Source: Ignicoccus islandicus DSM 13165
GTDB taxonomy: Archaea; Thermoproteota; Thermoprotei_A; Sulfolobales; Ignicoccaceae
NCBI RefSeq assembly: GCF_001481685.1
Contig: NZ_CP006867.1
Coordinates: 780,001 to 812,000 of the forward strand
DNA length: 32,000 bases
Reading direction: 5' to 3'
The notes beneath the pieces were generated by a model. The model searched no databases and was not told where the DNA came from. It saw only the letters and a program-made list of their open reading frames with translations. A program made the position numbers and the translations under genes. Each line of letters opens with the position of its first letter. Position 1 is the first letter of the stretch. Below are positions 27,516-32,000 of this stretch, piece after piece.

Positions 27516-28613
27516 TCACTTGAACCTCTTTATCCCCGCTATACCGAACGTCTTCTTAAACCATTCCGCTTCGGGAACTCCCTCTGGTATTGGGATAACC
27601 TTCGTCCCGTACATCTCAGCCTCTTCCTTTATCTTCTCAAGCTCGGGGTGATCTTCGGGAATCAAGATAGACTTGAGCGCGCCCATTCTAAGCGCTTCCA
27701 TGACCTCTTCCTTACCGTAAACGGCGTAACCAGTGTCCTTCGCTAAGTGTCTCTTGAACTCTTCCATAGCGTTCAACGCTTCGGCGTACTTCTGGCCTTG
27801 GATTTCGTTGTACCCCCTTTGAACGAGTTCGTAGAAACCGTGCTCGTCAACGTCTGCTACGTCGTAAAGGCCTAGCACTTTCTGCTTTATCCTGTAGTCT
27901 AAGCCGCCCGCCTCTAAGAAATCTTGTTTAGAGAAAGCCGGACCTCCGATCAAGACTCCTTTAAGTCTACCTTGCTCTAAGTAAGGTAGAAGAACTTCGC
28001 TTGCCACCTCGCCCGCGTGTTTATAGAAGGCTTCCGCGGCTTGCTCTATTAATCTATCGAATCTTCTCTGGGACTGACCACCTCTGTGGTGCTTACTAGG
28101 TATGAACCCCGTCGCCTCCCTTAAAATCTCAATGTTAGAACCCTTTAGCAAACCAACTAACATCTTACCTCTCTCGACCAATATTAAACCGTAAACTTCC
28201 GGTTCCTCGACCATATCCTTTAGGAATTCCGTATGGAAACTCTTGTCAGTTCTGTAGAAGAACACTGGTACCTTATCTGGAGGCGAGAAGGCGTAGCATT
28301 CCAGTTTCTCGGTGTCCGGATTAACGCCGCAGAATATAACTAGGCCATTAGGTGGTACCTTATCGAACCTTTTTAGCCTATCCATCGCTGCGGTGAGCGC
28401 TGCCTTAACGGCTTCTCTAGTCTTCTTCAATTTAACGTTGTCCGCAACGCTCATCTCCTTTCTGAGAAGCTCCATTACGTCACCTACGGGTCTCCCGGGC
28501 GGTATGTATAGCGAGAGTAGCGTGGTTGCCGGCGCGCTCCATTTCTCCAATTCCTTCAACAATTCCTTCAACTGCTTTCGCGAGATCTGCCATTCGGACG
28601 TCGCTTCACTCAT
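27516..28613 (-). CDS. prf1: Archaeal peptide chain release factor 1 (aRF1)
   Basis: 365 aa; LLSLYIPPGRP, HHRGGQSQRRFDRLIEQAAEAFY (GGQ), GVLIGGPAFSKQDFLE; ends YGTKVIPIPEGVPEAEWFKKTFGIAGIKRF. Confidence 0.93.
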   Translation of the reverse strand: MSEATSEWQISRKQLKELLKELEKWSAPATTLLSLYIPPGRPVGDVMELLRKEMSVADNVKLKKTREAVKAALTAAMDRLKRFDKVPPNGLVIFCGVNPDTEKLECYAFSPPDKVPVFFYRTDKSFHTEFLKDMVEEPEVYGLILVERGKMLVGLLKGSNIEILREATGFIPSKHHRGGQSQRRFDRLIEQAAEAFYKHAGEVASEVLLPYLEQGRLKGVLIGGPAFSKQDFLEAGGLDYRIKQKVLGLYDVADVDEHGFYELVQRGYNEIQGQKYAEALNAMEEFKRHLAKDTGYAVYGKEEVMEALRMGALKSILIPEDHPELEKIKEEAEMYGTKVIPIPEGVPEAEWFKKTFGIAGIKRFK

Positions 28614-29100
28614 TTCTTCATCACCACCTCTATCTCTCGGGTTTGCCTTATCAAAAATGGGGCAAGAACTTAAAAATTATACATCATTGAGAATGTTCAA
28701 TAACATCCATTGTATATTTAGTATTTCACTTCCGATGTACTATTCAATAAGGATCTAAATTATACTTTAGCTATTCACCATCCCATGGTGAATCCCCATC
28801 TCCACCTCTTGTCCAAATTAAATTTTCCATTCATTCATAATCAATTTACTCACTTCCTCAACCTTAACCATTTGAATTCAGAAACAATGGTCCTTTTAAG
28901 CACCTTCAGTTTCTACCGGACTTCCTAATGCTCAATTCCATTTCAACTTAATCATTCAACATCGTATTTGCAAAAGCAAACAAGATTTACCAATCCAGAG
29001 CTCAAGTCATCAGTACACGGTCCTTTCAAGATCGATCTTTACAATGAGAAGTTGCATTGAGGGGTTAATAAGCGATCATGGGAACTTCGATGATCATGGG

Positions 29101-29257
29101 GATTTCTACTCAAGCCTTCCTTATACAAGCATATGCATGCATATATTGGACAACAAAATGGGTTGATATTCGAAGAGGAAAGGTATGGTTGTGGAAAGAT
29201 AGATGAAGGGAAAGGGTTAAAAGGTAAGAAAGAAGTTGCTTAAATAGGAGGGCAACG
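29101..29257 (+). promoter_or_regulatory. Probable CRISPR leader with proximal TATA-like element
   Basis: Non-coding A/T-rich region directly upstream of the first repeat. TATA-like CTTAAATA at 29239-29246 and a 14-bp palindrome ATATGCATGCATAT at 29131-29144. Confidence 0.55.
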
Positions 29258-30012
29258 GTAGAGATCCAATAGGGAATAGAAAGAGTATTTTTATTAGTTT
29301 CCTAGCTTTGGCTGTCCTTATTAGCGTAGAGATCCAATAGGGAATAGAAAGATTCTCTTCCCTAGGTCGCTTGGTCTCTTGGTGGTCGTTTCGAGTAGAG
29401 ATCCAATAGGGAATAGAAAGTAGAAAAGAGACCGAAAGAGATCATCCGGCCTCCAGATTTTTGTAGAGATCCAATAGGGAATAGAAAGCAACGATTTCAA
29501 AGACTGTGAACTCGATATCGATAAGAGGTAGAGATCCAATAGGGAATAGAAAGTGAACTTTCCACAAATAAGAGAGCGTTAAGCTTAAAAGTAGAGATCC
29601 AATAGGGAATAGAAAGTCCCCATTGGGGGAGGAGTACTCGGCGTAGATCGTGTACCCGTAGAGATCCAATAGGGAATAGAAAGACAAATGTCCCAGTCTA
29701 TTAAAAAATCTTTCTCCTCCCCATTGTAGAGATCCAATAGGGAATAGAAAGAGAACTATATTGAGAGCTAGGGGGATTGAAAATGGTAGGCAGTAGAGAT
29801 CCAATAGGGAATAGAAAGCTTACCGAGCAGATCTTGTACTATGCTGTATACTCCGTAGAGATCCAATAGGGAATAGAAAGTTGCAGTCAATTGTGCAAAG
29901 GTTTTGATACTGTTCGTCAGGTAGAGATCCAATAGGGAATAGAAAGTCTTCACCGTCGAACTGCTCCCCGAGGTACTCGAGTACCTGTAGAGATCCAATA
30001 GGGAATAGAAAT
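29258..30012 (+). CRISPR. CRISPR array: 12 repeats of 26 nt (GTAGAGATCCAATAGGGAATAGAAAG) separated by 11 spacers of 36-43 nt
   Basis: Repeat starts at 29258, 29326, 29395, 29463, 29528, 29591, 29658, 29726, 29793, 29855, 29921 and 29987. Copies 1-11 are identical; copy 12 differs at its last base (AT for AG). Flanking bases vary, which fixes the repeat boundaries. The unique spacers exclude a simple tandem repeat. Confidence 0.98.
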
Positions 30013-30051
30013 TCCTTAGCGTATTATTTTCATTATGGCGAACAGGATGAA

Positions 30052-30077
30052 GTATAGTCCCAAGATGGAATAGAAAG
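30052..30077 (+). repeat. Degenerate 13th CRISPR repeat
   Basis: GTATAGTCCCAAGATGGAATAGAAAG matches the consensus at 21/26 positions, with 39-nt spacing from repeat 12. Confidence 0.75.
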
Positions 30078-30213
30078 GTGGAAAGATATAGTATAGTTCG
30101 TATCGTCCTTTGATGGTAGAAATCTGCGAGAAATAAAATAGTATAAGGATAAGTGAAACGCGTTCTCCTCGGTAATTACTAATATTATGAGAAAAGTCTG
30201 TGAACTTTGATCC

Positions 30214-30232
30214 TTCAGATCGAAAATCTGAA
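30214..30232 (-). terminator. Hairpin directly after the proteasome gene stop codon
   Basis: TTCAGAT CGAAA ATCTGAA: perfect 7-bp inverted repeat ending 1 nt from the stop codon at 30234-30236. Confidence 0.35.
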
Positions 30233-30233
30233 C

Positions 30234-30830
30234 TTAGAAGGTTACAGTTTCCATAATGGGTTCTTCTCCTTTCTTGATGATCAATACGTCGACTCCGTCT
30301 CCCGATAAGCTATCTCTTGAAGAGGCAACCCGTATTGAGTCTATAGCTAAGTTCTTGGCGTCTTGAACGCTCATGTCCTCTCTGTATTCGCGCTCTAGGA
30401 GGGCTATCGCTAAAGGCGCACCGCTACCTGCAGCCGCGTACTTCTCTTCTACTACCGAACCCACTGGATCTAATACGAAAATATGTGGGCCGGACGAATC
30501 TATTCCTCCAAAGACGGTTTCCGTGAGTAGTGGGAACATCTTATAAGAATACAAGAGTACTCCCAGAAACCTCGCTGCTGATCGAACCTTCATTTCCTTC
30601 CTTACGTTTAATTCGTATCTCTTGACCTCTAACTCTACAATTCTGCTTATCGTTTGCATGTCCGCGTACAGCCCCGCGCAAGCCATGCCCATCCTATTCC
30701 CTATCTTGAATACTTTTTTCATAGATTTACTCATGACGAAACCTCCGTAACTCATCCTCTTTTCTGCCGCCAGCACGACGGCGTCGCTTAACTTAATGCC
30801 AACCGCGGTAGCGCCTACGTATCCGCTCAC
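30234..30830 (-). CDS. psmB: Proteasome beta subunit (non-canonical, Thr1 replaced)
   Basis: 198 aa; ATAVGIKLSDAVVLAAEKRMSYGGFVMSKSMKKVFKIG and AGSGAPLAIALLEREYREDMSVQDAKNLAIDSI. Confidence 0.93.
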   Translation of the reverse strand: MSGYVGATAVGIKLSDAVVLAAEKRMSYGGFVMSKSMKKVFKIGNRMGMACAGLYADMQTISRIVELEVKRYELNVRKEMKVRSAARFLGVLLYSYKMFPLLTETVFGGIDSSGPHIFVLDPVGSVVEEKYAAAGSGAPLAIALLEREYREDMSVQDAKNLAIDSIRVASSRDSLSGDGVDVLIIKKGEEPIMETVTF

Positions 30831-31300
30831 TTCGCATCTCCGCGGTAATTCGTAGGGGTGGATCCTTTTAGGTTAGCCTTTTCCTCTCCGGCGTTCTCAA
30901 TCTCAATCGAAACGATCTGAAACTCCTCTCCCTTCACGATTTCGACGTCAGACGATCCGCATCTAGGGCACTTCAAAATTTCGCTTATCAAGTGTGGATA
31001 TAGGTGAAGGATCGGTAGGTTGACTTCCAAGTCTGGATATACGTCCCTGAAACTCCACTGGGCCCCGCAATTCCTACACTTGAACTCGGATTTCACCAAC
31101 TCTACCTCTAGCTGGGCTCCCTCCAAAGGGGTTCCTATGCTATATATTTCCATTGCGTTCTTCAAGGCTTCTATGTCAATTAGGCTCAGTTCGCCTATTC
31201 TCATCTTAATTTTCTTTACCCTTACGTTTTCCAAATTCTTATTCTTTAGGAAATCCAGTACGGAGCTTATGATCATCTGAGCGTAACTACCTTCGTGCAT
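30827..31300 (-). CDS. hypA: Hydrogenase maturation nickel metallochaperone HypA
   Basis: 157 aa beginning MHE; CRNCGAQW...CPRCGSSDVEIVKGEEFQIVSIEIE. ATGA overlap with psmB. Confidence 0.93.
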   Translation of the reverse strand: MHEGSYAQMIISSVLDFLKNKNLENVRVKKIKMRIGELSLIDIEALKNAMEIYSIGTPLEGAQLEVELVKSEFKCRNCGAQWSFRDVYPDLEVNLPILHLYPHLISEILKCPRCGSSDVEIVKGEEFQIVSIEIENAGEEKANLKGSTPTNYRGDAK

Positions 31301-31303
31301 AAC

Positions 31304-31867
31304 ATGTTATCCCTACCATTGGACGCGGCGAGAGTTATTGAGCTTCTTCATAATACGTATAACGAAGTAATCGCCGTAACGCCTACCGGCTACTCTTGTT
31401 TAGGAGTATATCCTCGAGAGGGGGCCTCGCTGGAATTCAGGGCGTTCAAAGGCAAGTTTCAGGAAAGCTTGAGGAACGTAAACGAAATAAACGTATTTTC
31501 GTCGTTTAAGCCAATCGATTACGTGGAGGCCGCGCTAACTAAGGACTTGGAGCTAATTGAAACGCCTTTAGGGCTCGGTCCTAAGCACTGGTACTTAGCT
31601 ATCAAGTGCGAAGTTAGCGAACTAGGAGGCTCGGATCCAGTTATATATGAATGCGTACCTAGAGAAGCCTTCTATAGACCGGCGCCTCCGCCCAGTCGTT
31701 CCTTCTTCTACGTTCTCGAAGCAGCCGTTTACGCTTCGAGGTGGTTCCTAAAACCCGAATACGTGGACAAAGCCGTTGAATTGCTCCTAGAAGGCTACAG
31801 GCTCGGTGACGAGTTAGACAGAGCAGCAGTTGGAAAGGTTCTAAGGTACCTTATGGAAAGAGTGTAG
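31304..31867 (+). CDS. DUF447-like archaeal protein (possible flavin-binding)
   Basis: HNTYNEVIAVTPTGYSCLGVYPR...PIDYVEAALTKDLELIE. ATG at 31304 is 3 bp from the divergent hypA start; the track start GTG 31295 would overlap hypA. Confidence 0.55.
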   Translation: MLSLPLDAARVIELLHNTYNEVIAVTPTGYSCLGVYPREGASLEFRAFKGKFQESLRNVNEINVFSSFKPIDYVEAALTKDLELIETPLGLGPKHWYLAIKCEVSELGGSDPVIYECVPREAFYRPAPPPSRSFFYVLEAAVYASRWFLKPEYVDKAVELLLEGYRLGDELDRAAVGKVLRYLMERV

Positions 31868-31911
31868 TCTATAATCATTAGTCGCGCTCAGATAAGAGGG
31901 GTCTCGGTATA

Positions 31912-32000
31912 TTGGATAATAAGTTTCTGACACTCATCGTAATTGCGTTCTTAGGTACAACTATTTCAAGGACCTTGAGAATGGGTACAGCGTTCTTGAC
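31912..32000 (+). CDS. Start of a probable membrane protein gene (partial)
   Basis: TTG GAT AAT AAG TTT CTG ACA CTC ATC GTA... encodes (M)DNKFLTLIVIAFLGTTISRTLRMGTAFL, open to the window end, with TATA-like CTATAATC upstream. Confidence 0.4.
   Translation, partial: MDNKFLTLIVIAFLGTTISRTLRMGTAFL

Noticed and set aside
28312-28758. 148-aa plus-strand ORF opposite the prf1 N-terminus
   Set aside because: Antisense to aRF1 with Ser-rich shadow composition. No independent support.
29078-29206. 42-aa ORF in the CRISPR leader (MGTSMIMGISTQAFLIQAYACIYWTTKWVDIRRGKVWLWKDR)
   Set aside because: No clear ribosome-binding site and it sits in the expected leader. Length is compatible with chance; would reconsider if conserved.
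29617-29986. Shared GTACTCG string between spacers 6 and 11, suggesting one target
   Set aside because: The match is only 7-8 nt, within chance expectation.
29321-29998. Minus-strand ORFs (29321-29539, 29442-29804, 29768-29998) with repeated FLFPIGSL / FYSLLDLY peptides
   Set aside because: They are translations of CRISPR repeats and spacers, not proteins.
30091-30121. Possible 14th vestigial repeat (GTATAGTTCG...GATGGTAGAAA)
   Set aside because: Only the ends resemble the repeat, internal spacing is wrong and it lies too close to the 13th copy.
1-32000. Transposons, integrases, rRNA or tRNA genes
   Set aside because: I saw no transposase/integrase signatures, no terminal inverted repeats flanking ORFs, and no T-loop GGTTCGAATCC-like tRNA signatures by eye. 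A tRNAscan-SE/Infernal run would be decisive.

Overview
Gene-dense archaeal (crenarchaeal, Desulfurococcales-like) chromosomal window. The gene content resembles Ignicoccus, but this is an inference from content and not a database match. I support about 22 protein genes. Most are housekeeping: A-type ATP synthase B and D, thermosome, EF-2, aRF1, proteasome beta, MetG-beta, HemA, NAD(P)H-hydrate repair enzyme, PhoU and HypA. Metabolic or redox genes include a secreted octaheme c-type cytochrome of the HAO type, a CcmC-like haem-handling protein, a PAPS-reductase-like/ferredoxin fusion, HyuA, and a fused 3-hydroxyacyl-CoA dehydrogenase/enoyl-CoA hydratase. The clearest non-coding element is a CRISPR array at 29258-30012: 12 copies of a 26-nt repeat, plus a degenerate 13th copy at 30052-30077. 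No recognisable cas gene lies in the window. Most worth a second look: the array's leader and degenerate end; an aRF1 with divergent stop-codon-recognition motifs; a proteasome beta subunit with Ala at the expected Thr1; a 50-bp perfect repeat inside the HCDH gene; two short ORFs missed by the ORF track (56 aa in the ATPase cluster, 36-aa single-TM upstream of EF-2); an uncharacterised 392-aa ORF; a CDP-alcohol phosphotransferase whose conserved N-terminus has no ATG/GTG/TTG start; and several overlapping gene pairs. I did not find convincing evidence of a complete novel defence or mobile system.
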